Under the pieces are notes generated by a model. The model was not told the DNA's origin, did not search any database, and worked only from the letters and a program-made list of their open reading frames with translations. A stretch of DNA of 64,000 bases from positions 800,001 to 864,000 of the forward strand of contig OZ245040.1 in assembly GCA_965224195.1 (NCBI GenBank), read 5' to 3'. Made by a program: the position numbers and the translations under genes. Source of the stretch: Nitrosopumilus sp. (GTDB taxonomy: Archaea; Thermoproteota; Nitrososphaeria; Nitrososphaerales; Nitrosopumilaceae). Below, piece by piece: positions 44,257 through 54,778 of this stretch; position 1 is the stretch's first letter, and each line of letters opens with the position of its first letter.

Positions 44257-44808
44257 TTGAAAAAAATATTATTTGTATTTGTAGCATTATTTCTTGTACT
44301 AACTCCGGCATATGGCGCATTATCTGATGCTACTGGATTAGTTAATAGATTAGATGTTGAAACAAGCGGACATACTTTTGAAGTACAAGTTACTTCTAAT
44401 TTTGATATCCCAAATTTTGAATTTAATAAAGATGAGAAAAAATTAACTTTTTACATATCAAGTGGATTGGAAAATAATCTAGGTGAAGTAATTCTTCCTC
44501 GGAATCTTTTGGGAGGAAATCTGACCTTTTATCTTAATGACCAAGAGTATATTCCTCAGATAAGAACAAATGAAAAAATTTCTTTTGTAACTTTAAATTT
44601 TACAGGGATTGGAGATAATACATTAGATATTGTTGGAACTGACTATCTTTTTGGTTTAACTGAAATAATTGTTGATACCCCTCCACCTGATCTTATATCT
44701 TTAGATGATTACGATGAAGGATCCATCTACATACCGATAATTGTAACACTTTTGATCATTGGTGTAATGGTTAGTGTAATTATACTCATAGTTAAAAGAA
44801 GAAAATAA
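44257..44808 (+). CDS. Membrane-anchored secreted protein
   Basis: Signal peptide, ILPRNLLGG, and a C-terminal TM followed by KRRK. Confidence 0.8.
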   Translation: MKKILFVFVALFLVLTPAYGALSDATGLVNRLDVETSGHTFEVQVTSNFDIPNFEFNKDEKKLTFYISSGLENNLGEVILPRNLLGGNLTFYLNDQEYIPQIRTNEKISFVTLNFTGIGDNTLDIVGTDYLFGLTEIIVDTPPPDLISLDDYDEGSIYIPIIVTLLIIGVMVSVIILIVKRRK

Positions 44809-44842
44809 AATATACTAGAATTTTCTATTTTTAATACTTGAT

Positions 44843-44923
44843 ATGGATAATGCAAAAATTGCTCTTGTTAGTGGATTTGTAATTGTTGTAGTATTATCTA
44901 TTGCACTGGTTTTGATTAGATAA
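44843..44923 (+). CDS. Putative 26-aa single-TM microprotein
   Basis: MDNAKIALVSGFVIVVVLSIALVLIR* fills the intergenic gap. Confidence 0.45.
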   Translation: MDNAKIALVSGFVIVVVLSIALVLIR

Positions 44924-44924
44924 T

Positions 44925-45590
44925 TTAATTTTCATTAAGTAATTTTTGAATCATGGCATCAACATGTCCTGATTGCCCAAATGATACATCTCTGAGAATT
45001 CCTTTTCTATCTACGATTACCATGGATGGTGTGCCTTGAAGGGCAAATTTTTCAAATGTTTCAGCTGAATATTCTTTGGATTTCATGTAACTTTTTACTC
45101 TTTCAATAATTTGATTTTTGTACTCATCTGGCTGTGAATCAAACTCTGGGATTTGTGGATAAATAAACTCCATAATTTTTTCTTGACTGATTTCTCCTGA
45201 AGTTTTTATGAGATTATCCATTGCTAGTGGAAATGGAATTTTAAATGAAAGCTTGTTTCCTTCTTTTAATTGACCGTATGATGAAAGTGCATCTTTAGTT
45301 TCTCCAATTACTTCACCTGTCTCTGCAAGTATTTTCAAATTATCTAATGTATTTTTATCAAAATCTTCAAAAGCTGTAGCTAGACCCAAAACTCGTACTC
45401 CGTCATCTTTGTATTTGTTATAGATGTTGATTGCTTCAGGAATTGCGTTCATGAAACATCCTGGACAATTCACTTGAAACACTTCTAACAAAACGATGTG
45501 ATCTTTTTCTTGATCAAAATTTGTTGGTGCACCTTGTACCCATTCGGAAACTCCAAAATTTGGTGCCTTTTCGCCAATTTTTATGCCCAT
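44925..45590 (-). CDS. Thioredoxin-fold redoxin (TlpA/AhpC-like)
   Basis: FQVNCPGC and GTPS motifs. Confidence 0.85.
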   Translation of the reverse strand: MGIKIGEKAPNFGVSEWVQGAPTNFDQEKDHIVLLEVFQVNCPGCFMNAIPEAINIYNKYKDDGVRVLGLATAFEDFDKNTLDNLKILAETGEVIGETKDALSSYGQLKEGNKLSFKIPFPLAMDNLIKTSGEISQEKIMEFIYPQIPEFDSQPDEYKNQIIERVKSYMKSKEYSAETFEKFALQGTPSMVIVDRKGILRDVSFGQSGHVDAMIQKLLNEN

Positions 45591-45689
45591 TATCCATTAT
45601 CTGACTTTTTCCATTAAATAGATATCTCAACAGATTCTTGATTTTTTCTTAAGTAACCTAATATAGGACACAAAAAATTCCAAAATAAA

Positions 45690-46178
45690 ATGCAGGTAAT
45701 TACTGAAGATAGAATGGCACTTTTTGCAGAGATGGAATCAAAATATGAACAAAAAGATACTGAATACTTTATTTCTCTTTTAGAACATCCCGACTATGTT
45801 GTTAGAACAAGAGTTGCATGTATTTTAGTTGATTTTGGAGGAGAAGATAAAGTTCCTCATATTGCTAAGGTTTTAAAAAATGATGAAAATGAATTGGTTC
45901 GGCATGAGGCAGCTTTTGCTTTAGGCCAAATGTCTTACTCCAGTGCTATTCCACCACTAACTGATGCAACTCTCAATGATCCTAGTATGTTTGTACGTCA
46001 TGAAGCTGCCATAGCTTTGGGTGTTGTTGGTTCTAAAGAAGCAAAAGAGTCTCTTCAAAAGGCTCTAAACGATCCTGAAAAATCAGTCATTGAATCGGCA
46101 GTTGTTGCATTATCTAATATTGAATTTATGGAAAAGTTAAGTAAGAACGAAAAGTTTGCAAAGTTAACAGGTGGATGA
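45690..46178 (+). CDS. HEAT-repeat (PBS lyase-like) protein
   Basis: VRHEAAFALG and VRHEAAIALG repeats. Confidence 0.88.
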   Translation: MQVITEDRMALFAEMESKYEQKDTEYFISLLEHPDYVVRTRVACILVDFGGEDKVPHIAKVLKNDENELVRHEAAFALGQMSYSSAIPPLTDATLNDPSMFVRHEAAIALGVVGSKEAKESLQKALNDPEKSVIESAVVALSNIEFMEKLSKNEKFAKLTGG

Positions 46179-47109
46179 GATGAACTTTTCTTATGGAATA
46201 ATTGGTATTGTAGGCGTTCTTGCAGCAATCTCTATTGGATTCATTGCTATGGATCCTCCTGGTATTATTGAACCACGGGTTGAAGAAAATCTAGTTGCAT
46301 GTACAATGCAATGGGATCCAATGTGTGGAGTTGATGGTGAAACTTATGGAAATCAATGTGGATTAGATACTGCTGATATTGAATTAGATTATTCTGTAGA
46401 ATGTATTGATGTAGAAATAATTTCTGTTACTTCTTACATTATGCTTAAGACTGCTATTGTAGGTGAGACTTTACTTATGGAAGTTGAATTTAGAGATGAC
46501 GATAAGAATATTGTTGATCACGTAAATTATGATATATCTGCAACACAAAATGGTGAAAGTATACTTTCTGAACCTGGTTCACACCGCCATCCGGGAATGC
46601 ACTCCATTCATGAAACAACTATTCTTGATGAATCTTCAGTTGAAATTTTAGTAGTAATACAAGGTTTAGGTCATGGTGAAGATATTACTGAACCAATTGG
46701 TGTTTCAAGTTCCATTAGTATAATCCCTGAACCAACACCAGAATCTGAACCAACACCAGAATCTGAACCAACACCAGAATCTGAACCAACACCAGAACCT
46801 GAATTATTACCAATGACTGCTATTGTTTCAATTCCTGCAGGATCTGCAGTACCGGGATGTGACGACACGGATGAATGTTATTTACCTTATGAAGTAACTA
46901 TAGCAACTGGTGCAACTGTTTCTTGGAGTAATGATGACTCTGCAGCACACACAGTAACATCCGGACAAGTGCCAGAAATAGATGGTGTTTTTGATTCCAG
47001 TTTATTTATGTCTGGATCTGTTTTTGAATTTACTTTTGATGAAGCCGGAACTTATGATTATTTCTGTTTGGTTCATCCTTGGATGACTGGAATTGTTAAT
47101 GTTCACTAG
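46171..47109 (+). CDS. Kazal-domain + blue copper (plastocyanin-like) protein
   Basis: CTMQWDPMCGVDGETYGNQC, an (EPTPES)n linker, and intact type-1 Cu ligands AHTVT...YFCLVHPWM. Confidence 0.88.
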   Translation: MDEMNFSYGIIGIVGVLAAISIGFIAMDPPGIIEPRVEENLVACTMQWDPMCGVDGETYGNQCGLDTADIELDYSVECIDVEIISVTSYIMLKTAIVGETLLMEVEFRDDDKNIVDHVNYDISATQNGESILSEPGSHRHPGMHSIHETTILDESSVEILVVIQGLGHGEDITEPIGVSSSISIIPEPTPESEPTPESEPTPESEPTPEPELLPMTAIVSIPAGSAVPGCDDTDECYLPYEVTIATGATVSWSNDDSAAHTVTSGQVPEIDGVFDSSLFMSGSVFEFTFDEAGTYDYFCLVHPWMTGIVNVH

Positions 47110-49175
47110 AGTGCTGTAACTTTACTTCCTTGATTATTTGATTCAAATCTGTAAATTTGCTCAACTGTGGAATCTTCAAAAATTTCTGCATCGTGAGTAA
47201 TTATTAGGAATTGCATTCTAGTTTCTGAATTTGATATATCTGATAATTGTGATAATACTCTAACTAGAGATTTTTTACGTTCAGCATCTAGATGAGTTGT
47301 AGGTTCATCTAAAATCATTAAATTGAGATTTGATGCCCCCAGAAGGCTTGCCATGCCCAATCGTAATGCAAGTGCAACGCTGACTTTTTCTCCTCCACTT
47401 AGAGATTCTAATTCTAAAACCTCTGTTTTTGAATAACATGCTATTGAGATATCTCTTGTTTTTTCTGATAACATGATTCGTTGAATTTTAGTATTTAGTA
47501 ATGTCAGATATTCTGATGCCTTGGCAGAAATTGTATTTAATGCCCAAGATCTTAAGCTTGTAGCAACAGGCCCATCTCTACTGAAAATATTTATTTGAAT
47601 TTCATTAAGATTTGAAACATATTCTTTCACCACCTTTAATTCGATAACTGCTTTTTCTATGGTATTGATTTGTCCTTCTCCTTTTGAAATTTTTTCTGAA
47701 ATCCCACCTATCTTTTGATCTATTTGAGATAAACTCATTTGTTTTTCATTAATTGAAATTTTTAAATTGTTAAATTCTTGTTCATCAAAACCTTTGGTTT
47801 CATTTTCTAGTTTAGAAATATTTTCAAAAATCATTTTAGCATGAGTATCTATCGTTGATATTTCTAATAAAGTCCCATTAGTTGTGAGGGGAATTTTCTG
47901 CTTTTTGACATTCACATCTTCTTGAATTTTTATTAATTCTTCTTTATTATTTATTGAATAAGCTCTAAGTGTTGCTTCAGCATCTCTTGCACTTTGTAGT
48001 TTTGTTGAAAATTCTTTATTTTTTTGATTATACATGTCTCTTTCTTTCTCTTTTGAAATGATTTGGTTTCCAATCTCTGTGATTTCTTGACGAAGATGGT
48101 TTTCTTGAAATAATGGATTTAATTTTTCTACGTTTGAATCACACACTGGACATTTGTTATTTTTTAATTGAAGTTTTGATGCGAGTGATAATTTTTCTTT
48201 CAATGATATTGTCTGGTTTGTCATTTTCTGGATTTTTTTGAGTGTTTCATCAATGGCTTCCTCAACTTTCAAAATTTTGGATTCCAAGTCTGTTTTTAAC
48301 ATTGCATCCTCAAAACATCTTTCACAATCATGAATTTTACGCTCATTTTCATTGATTTCATGCTGGATTTTGTGAATTGCTTCTTTTGCATATGCTAATA
48401 GCTCTTTTTTTCTTAATTCTAATTGATTGATTTTGTCAATTTTTGGTGTTTCTGTTTCAACTTTTGTTCTTAGTTCGTCTACTTCTTTTTTCAATTGTTC
48501 TTGTTTTATTTCCAAATTCTTTTTTTCTGGTTTAGATTCTTCGATTTCTTTTTGATATTTTTCTAAATCTCTAAATAAAATTTCAATATGTGTATCGTCA
48601 TATCCTATTGTATTTCTAATTTTTTCTCGAAATTCTTTGTTTACTGTTTTCATTGATTCTGATGCAACATCAAGCTTGTCAATCCCTATGATTGCATTTA
48701 GTAATTCTTTGAATTCTTTTGGTTTAGCATTAATAATTGCATTTAATTCCCCTTGTTGAACAATTGAAGCAATTTTTAATTTTTCAAAATCTAGACCAAT
48801 GACTTTTTCAACTTCTTGCGTCATTGATTCTCCAAATTGTTTTCTTTCGCCTGCTGCAATTTCAATGCGTTCATCATTTACCACTTCTGCAAACGTAGCA
48901 GCTAAAGATCCCTTACTGTCAATTTTTCTTACGGCTTCAAATTGTTTATCATTTATGGAAAAATTAATTTTTGCAAATCCTTGGGTTGCTCCTCGTTTTA
49001 TTAATCCCTTATTTGATTTCCTTGCATGTTGACCAAACAATGCAAATGTAATAGCATCTATGATACTTGATTTTCCTGCCCCATTATCCCCTACAAAAAC
49101 TGTAACTCCATTTTCGAATTCTAATTTTGTATTTGAATGAGCTAAAAAATCCCCTAACTCTATTGATGTGATCAA
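47106..49175 (-). CDS. rad50: Rad50 ATPase
   Basis: GDNGAGKS, CPVC zinc hook, LSGGE and LDEPT motifs. Confidence 0.93.
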   Translation of the reverse strand: MITSIELGDFLAHSNTKLEFENGVTVFVGDNGAGKSSIIDAITFALFGQHARKSNKGLIKRGATQGFAKINFSINDKQFEAVRKIDSKGSLAATFAEVVNDERIEIAAGERKQFGESMTQEVEKVIGLDFEKLKIASIVQQGELNAIINAKPKEFKELLNAIIGIDKLDVASESMKTVNKEFREKIRNTIGYDDTHIEILFRDLEKYQKEIEESKPEKKNLEIKQEQLKKEVDELRTKVETETPKIDKINQLELRKKELLAYAKEAIHKIQHEINENERKIHDCERCFEDAMLKTDLESKILKVEEAIDETLKKIQKMTNQTISLKEKLSLASKLQLKNNKCPVCDSNVEKLNPLFQENHLRQEITEIGNQIISKEKERDMYNQKNKEFSTKLQSARDAEATLRAYSINNKEELIKIQEDVNVKKQKIPLTTNGTLLEISTIDTHAKMIFENISKLENETKGFDEQEFNNLKISINEKQMSLSQIDQKIGGISEKISKGEGQINTIEKAVIELKVVKEYVSNLNEIQINIFSRDGPVATSLRSWALNTISAKASEYLTLLNTKIQRIMLSEKTRDISIACYSKTEVLELESLSGGEKVSVALALRLGMASLLGASNLNLMILDEPTTHLDAERKKSLVRVLSQLSDISNSETRMQFLIITHDAEIFEDSTVEQIYRFESNNQGSKVTAL

Positions 49176-50314
49176 GATTTATTCTCCTTTTTGAATTTTT
49201 CAAAATTCTCAAAAATTAATTGTGATGCTTCTTTAATTTCCCCTGTTGCCAATATGGGGAGTAGTTCTTTTATTGCAAATTTTGCTGATTGTTCAGAGCC
49301 TAGAGCATCTACGGATAATCTGTACATTTCATTATCAATGACATTTGGTCTGTCTAAAAATACTGAAGAGTCCGAAACTTGTTTTGTACTGATTCTCCAA
49401 AAACACCTCAAAACCAATGAGTTTAATCTGGCTATTTGTGCCTGAATATGGTCTGTTTCTATGTTTTCACCTTGAATTTTTACTTCAACAATTGGTTTTT
49501 TTCCTTCAGTTACTATTTTTTCAGAAATTTCCCCTATTGTTTTTACTAAATCTTGATATTCTGTTTTAAATGAAATTTGAGGTCTTGCATCTAATTCAAT
49601 CCAATTAGGAATTGCGTCTTTTCCTGAGATGTCTACTTCGAAAAATCCTTTTTTTGTTTCCTTGATTCCTTCACTAGTTGTTAATTCTATAGAACCTGGA
49701 TATGCTACTGGTCCGCTCAGATGATTAAATTGTTTAACATCTTTATCGTGAAGATGTCCCATTGCATAATATGTGAAGTTTTTTGGCAAGTCCGTTGATT
49801 GTAATTCTCCTGCAAATTTGTTAAATTCTGTAATGCCTTGATGGAGAACCAAAATCTTATGGCCTGAATGATTTTTTACACTGTTGTCTATTGTGGCAAA
49901 TTTTTCTTCATATTGTGAAATTTCTGCTTTTCTTATTTTATCAAATCCTGCTAAAATCACTCCTTTGTATTCTATGGGATTCCCTTGACCGATATATTTT
50001 GAAAATTCTAAATTATGATAAACATATGGAATTGGTGTTGTTCTAATTCTACTAATATCATGTTCTCCTAAAATAAAAAATGAATCAATATTATTTTGTT
50101 TTAATCTTTTTAATCCATTTGCCATTTGTATGATGGCAGTTCCATTTGGATTTGGAACATGAAAAATATCTCCTGCAAATATTACAAAATCCACATGATC
50201 TTTAATCGATGTATCTATTGCTTGATTAAATACATCGTACACATCTTGTGCACGTTCTTCTGAACCATATTGTACTAATCCCAAATGCGTATCTGAAATG
50301 TGTGAAAATAACAT
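49172..50314 (-). CDS. mre11: Mre11 nuclease
   Basis: SDTHLG, AGDIF, GEHD, GHLH and YPGS motifs. Confidence 0.93.
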   Translation of the reverse strand: MLFSHISDTHLGLVQYGSEERAQDVYDVFNQAIDTSIKDHVDFVIFAGDIFHVPNPNGTAIIQMANGLKRLKQNNIDSFFILGEHDISRIRTTPIPYVYHNLEFSKYIGQGNPIEYKGVILAGFDKIRKAEISQYEEKFATIDNSVKNHSGHKILVLHQGITEFNKFAGELQSTDLPKNFTYYAMGHLHDKDVKQFNHLSGPVAYPGSIELTTSEGIKETKKGFFEVDISGKDAIPNWIELDARPQISFKTEYQDLVKTIGEISEKIVTEGKKPIVEVKIQGENIETDHIQAQIARLNSLVLRCFWRISTKQVSDSSVFLDRPNVIDNEMYRLSVDALGSEQSAKFAIKELLPILATGEIKEASQLIFENFEKFKKENKS

Positions 50315-51846
50315 TAGTCTAATAACAAATCTTTCTGTACCAACCCTTGAGTTGATTCCACTGCAACCTCATTCATCTTCTCTGCTTTTGCCCATGCATT
50401 AATTGCACTTTGATCTGCTCCCATTACCTTTTCTTTTACTTCTTCAACATGAACCAGTGATGGAAGATTTGTCCATTGTCCCACAAGAACTGCATCTCCG
50501 ACGTTTAGTGATGTTAATTGAGCGATTAATTCACGACTAGTTGACTCTGTTGCAGAGGCAATTTGTCGTTGGTCATCCTCTTGAATAATCTTCATTATTG
50601 CAAATGAGCCCATCTGGCTGAGAACGTTAAGATCCACACTTCTAGGTCGTTGAGAAACTACTCCAAGTCCTAATCCAAACTTTCTACCTTCTCTGGCAAT
50701 TTTAGCAGCCCAATATTTTGCACTAGTATCATGATCTTTTGGAATGAATACATGTGCTTCTTCAATGATTACAAAAATTGGTGAATTAAATCTGAAATTT
50801 CTTTCTCGTTTAGTTTTTCTATGTTTTGCAATACTTGCATCTTTTCTATCTTTGAGTAGTTGTTGTAGGTAAAATGCAACTGCCACATTTGCTTGTTTTT
50901 CAGATAATTCTGAAATATTTAGAATATTTGTTCTACCTTCTTTGATAAAACTAATTGGGTCTCCCATATCTGGGTCCAAAATATCTTCAAATCTTCTCTG
51001 AGCATCTTCTATGATATCTTGAACTCTATATGCTGATGTTCTAATTTCTTTTAATTTTTTATCTTCAGAATTTACTATGAAGTCTACTTCACTTTCTAAT
51101 TTACTCCAAAATTCTTTTGATTCCTTTACATGTTTTGTAAATGCCATTCTTAAAACACGTTGTTGAACATTTGCACCATCTCTAATTTCTAATACTTCTG
51201 ATAACTGGTCAGCATCTAATAATCTTGGGTTTATTTTTGCATCAACTACATTAATTCGTGGAATGTTTAGACTTGTATAGTCATTATGATAATCAAAAAT
51301 TATTACAGTTCCTTTCAATTTTGAAATTTGTTTTGTAATTAGTGATACTAAATTACTTTTGCCCATACCTGTCATTGCAAGAATTCCTAAATGTCTTGAA
51401 ACAATTTTATCTAAATTCACTTTGGCATCAATTGATTTATTTCGTAAAAGATTTCCAATACTCACCCATCCTTCTTTTTCCGGACTAAAGATTTCTTCCA
51501 AGTCTTGTTTGCTTGGTAAAGTAATTTCTGTGCCTGGAATTGGAGGAATTGCCGGTATTATTGACTGCCCTTTTCTTAGATTTTTTAAAAACCCTAAAAT
51601 TCCAATATGGGCAGTGAATGTTTTGTCTCTTTTGTTTAATTCAGCAATTTCAGTACTTTCTGAAGCTTCATCAAAATTTCTTACATCTGTAAATGCTGCA
51701 CTAGAAACTGAAGACCTTTCTACTAATCCTAAGATTTCTCCTTCGTCTGAACCAATTTTGATGTATTCTCCTACTGATAATGCTCTTGAAGTAATTGCTG
51801 TAACAATTGTAGGCTTTGACTCGCCAATTACAAAACCTAGACTCAA
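50314..51846 (-). CDS. herA: HerA helicase
   Basis: AMTGMGKS, IEEAH, REGRKFG and SQRP motifs. Confidence 0.93.
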   Translation of the reverse strand: MSLGFVIGESKPTIVTAITSRALSVGEYIKIGSDEGEILGLVERSSVSSAAFTDVRNFDEASESTEIAELNKRDKTFTAHIGILGFLKNLRKGQSIIPAIPPIPGTEITLPSKQDLEEIFSPEKEGWVSIGNLLRNKSIDAKVNLDKIVSRHLGILAMTGMGKSNLVSLITKQISKLKGTVIIFDYHNDYTSLNIPRINVVDAKINPRLLDADQLSEVLEIRDGANVQQRVLRMAFTKHVKESKEFWSKLESEVDFIVNSEDKKLKEIRTSAYRVQDIIEDAQRRFEDILDPDMGDPISFIKEGRTNILNISELSEKQANVAVAFYLQQLLKDRKDASIAKHRKTKRERNFRFNSPIFVIIEEAHVFIPKDHDTSAKYWAAKIAREGRKFGLGLGVVSQRPRSVDLNVLSQMGSFAIMKIIQEDDQRQIASATESTSRELIAQLTSLNVGDAVLVGQWTNLPSLVHVEEVKEKVMGADQSAINAWAKAEKMNEVAVESTQGLVQKDLLLD

Positions 51847-52679
51847 CCAAGTACCTCCCGTGAACCAATTTCATTATTTAATCCTAACAAACTAACCATC
51901 TTTGCAAGTTCTTTATCAGATATTTTACAGTTATTATGTGCAATCTTTAGAGCGTATGGGTATCCTCCGACACTAGTTTTGTATAATTTATTCATAATTG
52001 ATTTAACTTCATTTTCATCATGTTGCTCCCCTAAAAATTCTAATTTAATTATTGGAGTAGAATCACTTAATCTTACAAATGTTGAAGATATTATTTTATC
52101 TGCCCCGTATTTTTTTTCTACAAAAATTTTACTAAATCCTGGTTTGTTTGTTACATGATTATAATAGAAGATATCTCCTGCAAGAGAACCTAGATTTTCA
52201 AATTGTTTCTTTGTGTTTGATGTCTTTGCTATGAACACCACGTTATCTTTCTTTTTCATTATTCTTACAATTGATGCCCCCAAGTTTGCTTGCCTGGTCA
52301 TTAACTGTGAATGTAGAGATCCATCCATCAACACCATGTCTACAGTATCTACTGTTTTCTCACATGCTTCAATTTCCATTTTACTTGCAACACTTGAAAT
52401 GTCATCAGCTGATCCTAATCCTGATTTATGTAAATCGACCAAAATTTCACCATTTGATTTTACTGATACAGCAGTAGTTGCCCATAATTCAATGCCTTGA
52501 AATTTTGTATTGTTGAAACTCGAATCAATCCCTGCAGTTACTACCTCTTCTTTTGTAGGCATGAATTCTATCCAATTATCACGTGCTTTTTGTAAAATCT
52601 GTTCAAATTTAGGCCCCTTTAGTATTGAGAGCATTTTGTCTCTGTTGATAATTGCGTCTTTGTATACTGTGTTAAGCAC
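51843..52679 (-). CDS. nurA: NurA nuclease
   Basis: GIDSS, MDGSL and GYPYALKIAH motifs; operon context. Confidence 0.9.
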   Translation of the reverse strand: MLNTVYKDAIINRDKMLSILKGPKFEQILQKARDNWIEFMPTKEEVVTAGIDSSFNNTKFQGIELWATTAVSVKSNGEILVDLHKSGLGSADDISSVASKMEIEACEKTVDTVDMVLMDGSLHSQLMTRQANLGASIVRIMKKKDNVVFIAKTSNTKKQFENLGSLAGDIFYYNHVTNKPGFSKIFVEKKYGADKIISSTFVRLSDSTPIIKLEFLGEQHDENEVKSIMNKLYKTSVGGYPYALKIAHNNCKISDKELAKMVSLLGLNNEIGSREVLG

Positions 52680-52752
52680 ACCAATACTTTGTAGGTTTGA
52701 ATAAAATCTTTAGGTTATGCTAAACCTTGACAAAGTTGATCCATCAAATCTC

Positions 52753-53739
52753 TTACCCTATCCTACCTTTGAGGATGATTTTTTCATTTGTATTGGATGG
52801 AGTGGATTTGTCAATGTATCTGATTTCATATTCATCACCAATGTGGATTGTTTTCCCATCTAATTGTCGAGGAATCTTTATTTGAACTTCAAAAATATTT
52901 GAGTTTGGTCCAGTTTCCACAAGATATGCTGAATTAGCATCAAAACTTGAATTTGCTAAAGTGGTTCTAATCCCTCCATCTCCTCTATATTCTAACTCAC
53001 TAAGCGGAATTTTATCTTCATCTTTTGAATCTCTATTTGCATCAGGATCATAAATCCTAACTGTAAAATCATGACCTATCCTGGATCCTCCTCCTGATGT
53101 TTGCACTTTGGCAAATGACTTAGTAAGTGGCACTGATTTTACCAATACTCTTTCTTCTCCTGAATAATCTGATTCATCCAAATATTTTATCAATACAATG
53201 TTGTCTTGACTTAATGGTTTTCCATTTACTGTTTCCGGTAATTCTAGTTTAATGTAAAATTGACCTGTGTTGGGTCCAGTTTCAATCATATTTTTAGGAC
53301 CTTCAATTGGGATCCCCCCTACTGTAAATTCAAACAATCCTTCAGTAGGAATAACTTCAACTCCATTATGTGAAATATTCAAATCATGATCAGTGATGTA
53401 GAAATTTACAATTGACATTGATGATGCAGGAACTGTTGTAATTTCTTTATCTGTGGCCTGGAAAGATCTATTGCTGTAATTCAAATCTGTAAATTTTATT
53501 GGAGTAAATAATATGCCTATTTTTTGCATCTTTTCTGCAGTTTCTGGTTTTACACAAGCTGGAGAACCGTTTGTTCTGATTACTAATTCTAATCCATTTT
53601 TACAAAGAACATTTTCAGGAGATATCCCTTTATTCATTTGCTGTTTTGGTGATTCTATTTCTGCATTTACTGGAAGAATAAATGATAATGTTAAAAAAAA
53701 TATTATTCCGATGAATGCTTTATTTCGAAAAACCAACAA
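52753..53739 (-). CDS. Secreted hypothetical protein (ETGPN repeats)
   Basis: Signal peptide, SPKQQM...C...ACVKPET and two ETGPN motifs. Confidence 0.8.
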   Translation of the reverse strand: MLVFRNKAFIGIIFFLTLSFILPVNAEIESPKQQMNKGISPENVLCKNGLELVIRTNGSPACVKPETAEKMQKIGILFTPIKFTDLNYSNRSFQATDKEITTVPASSMSIVNFYITDHDLNISHNGVEVIPTEGLFEFTVGGIPIEGPKNMIETGPNTGQFYIKLELPETVNGKPLSQDNIVLIKYLDESDYSGEERVLVKSVPLTKSFAKVQTSGGGSRIGHDFTVRIYDPDANRDSKDEDKIPLSELEYRGDGGIRTTLANSSFDANSAYLVETGPNSNIFEVQIKIPRQLDGKTIHIGDEYEIRYIDKSTPSNTNEKIILKGRIG

Positions 53740-53866
53740 TATTTCAAAACCACTATTTTATTTTAAATAGATTTAGTATCAATTCTACGTTAATTCATGA
53801 CTATTTTACAATGATTTCATAATTATAGACTAGAATTAATTAAGAGATATTTTCTAGTATGATTAC

Positions 53867-54685
53867 TTGAAAAGAATAGGTTTGTTGGGATGTGGTGCTA
53901 TGGGTACTCAAATTGCACTGGCAATTGATTCTGAAAAAATCCCTGCAATTCTCACACATGTCTTTGATGATTCAAAAGAGAAATCTATATCATTAGTTGA
54001 AAAACTTATCCACAAACCTGAAATTGTTGAAAATTCACATTTACTGTCTTCAAACCCTATTGACATTGTTGTTGAAGCTGCATCTCAAGATGCGGTTAGA
54101 GATGCTTCTTTGAGTGTTTTACAAAACAAGAAAGATCTTATGATAATGAGTGTAGGTGCATTGCTTGATGAATCTATTTACGATATTTTATCTGATGCTT
54201 GTAAGGATTTTAAAAAAACAATCTACCTCCCTTCCGGCGCTATTGCGGGATTAGACGGAATAAAATCAGTTAAAGATGAACTTGAATCTTTATCGATTAT
54301 AACCACGAAACATCCTCGTTCGTTAAAGGGTGCAAAGTTTTTTGAAACATCTGATATTAATTTAGATGAAGTTATCTCATCCACTGTTATCTTTGATGGA
54401 ATTGCAAAAGAAGCAGTGTCTCTATTCCCTGCAAATATCAATGTGGCCGCATTACTTTCTTTAACTGGAATTGGAAGTGAAAAAACTGGTGTCAAAATAA
54501 TTGCTGATCCTAACACTGACAAAAATACACATCACATTGAAGCTAAAGGAAAATTTGGGAAGATGACTTTTACAATTGAGAATTATCCTGATGCAAATAA
54601 TCCCAAGACAAGTAGATTAGCAATTTTGTCAGCCATTGAGACGTTGAAAAAATACTGCTTAAATGATATTCAGATTGGTACCTAA
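53867..54685 (+). CDS. nadX: L-aspartate dehydrogenase
   Basis: GCGAMG, VEAAS, PSGAIAGLD and FPANINVA motifs; next to nadA. Confidence 0.9.
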   Translation: MKRIGLLGCGAMGTQIALAIDSEKIPAILTHVFDDSKEKSISLVEKLIHKPEIVENSHLLSSNPIDIVVEAASQDAVRDASLSVLQNKKDLMIMSVGALLDESIYDILSDACKDFKKTIYLPSGAIAGLDGIKSVKDELESLSIITTKHPRSLKGAKFFETSDINLDEVISSTVIFDGIAKEAVSLFPANINVAALLSLTGIGSEKTGVKIIADPNTDKNTHHIEAKGKFGKMTFTIENYPDANNPKTSRLAILSAIETLKKYCLNDIQIGT

Positions 54686-54778
54686 TATGGCAATAATTGC
54701 CACATTTGCTTGTTTTTCAGAGAATTCTGGACTATTTCCCATTCTTTAAATCCCCTACAATTTCATTTTGTACTGTTT

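Noticed and set aside
47106-52679. nurA-herA-mre11-rad50 as a defence system
   Set aside because: This is the standard archaeal double-strand-break repair operon.
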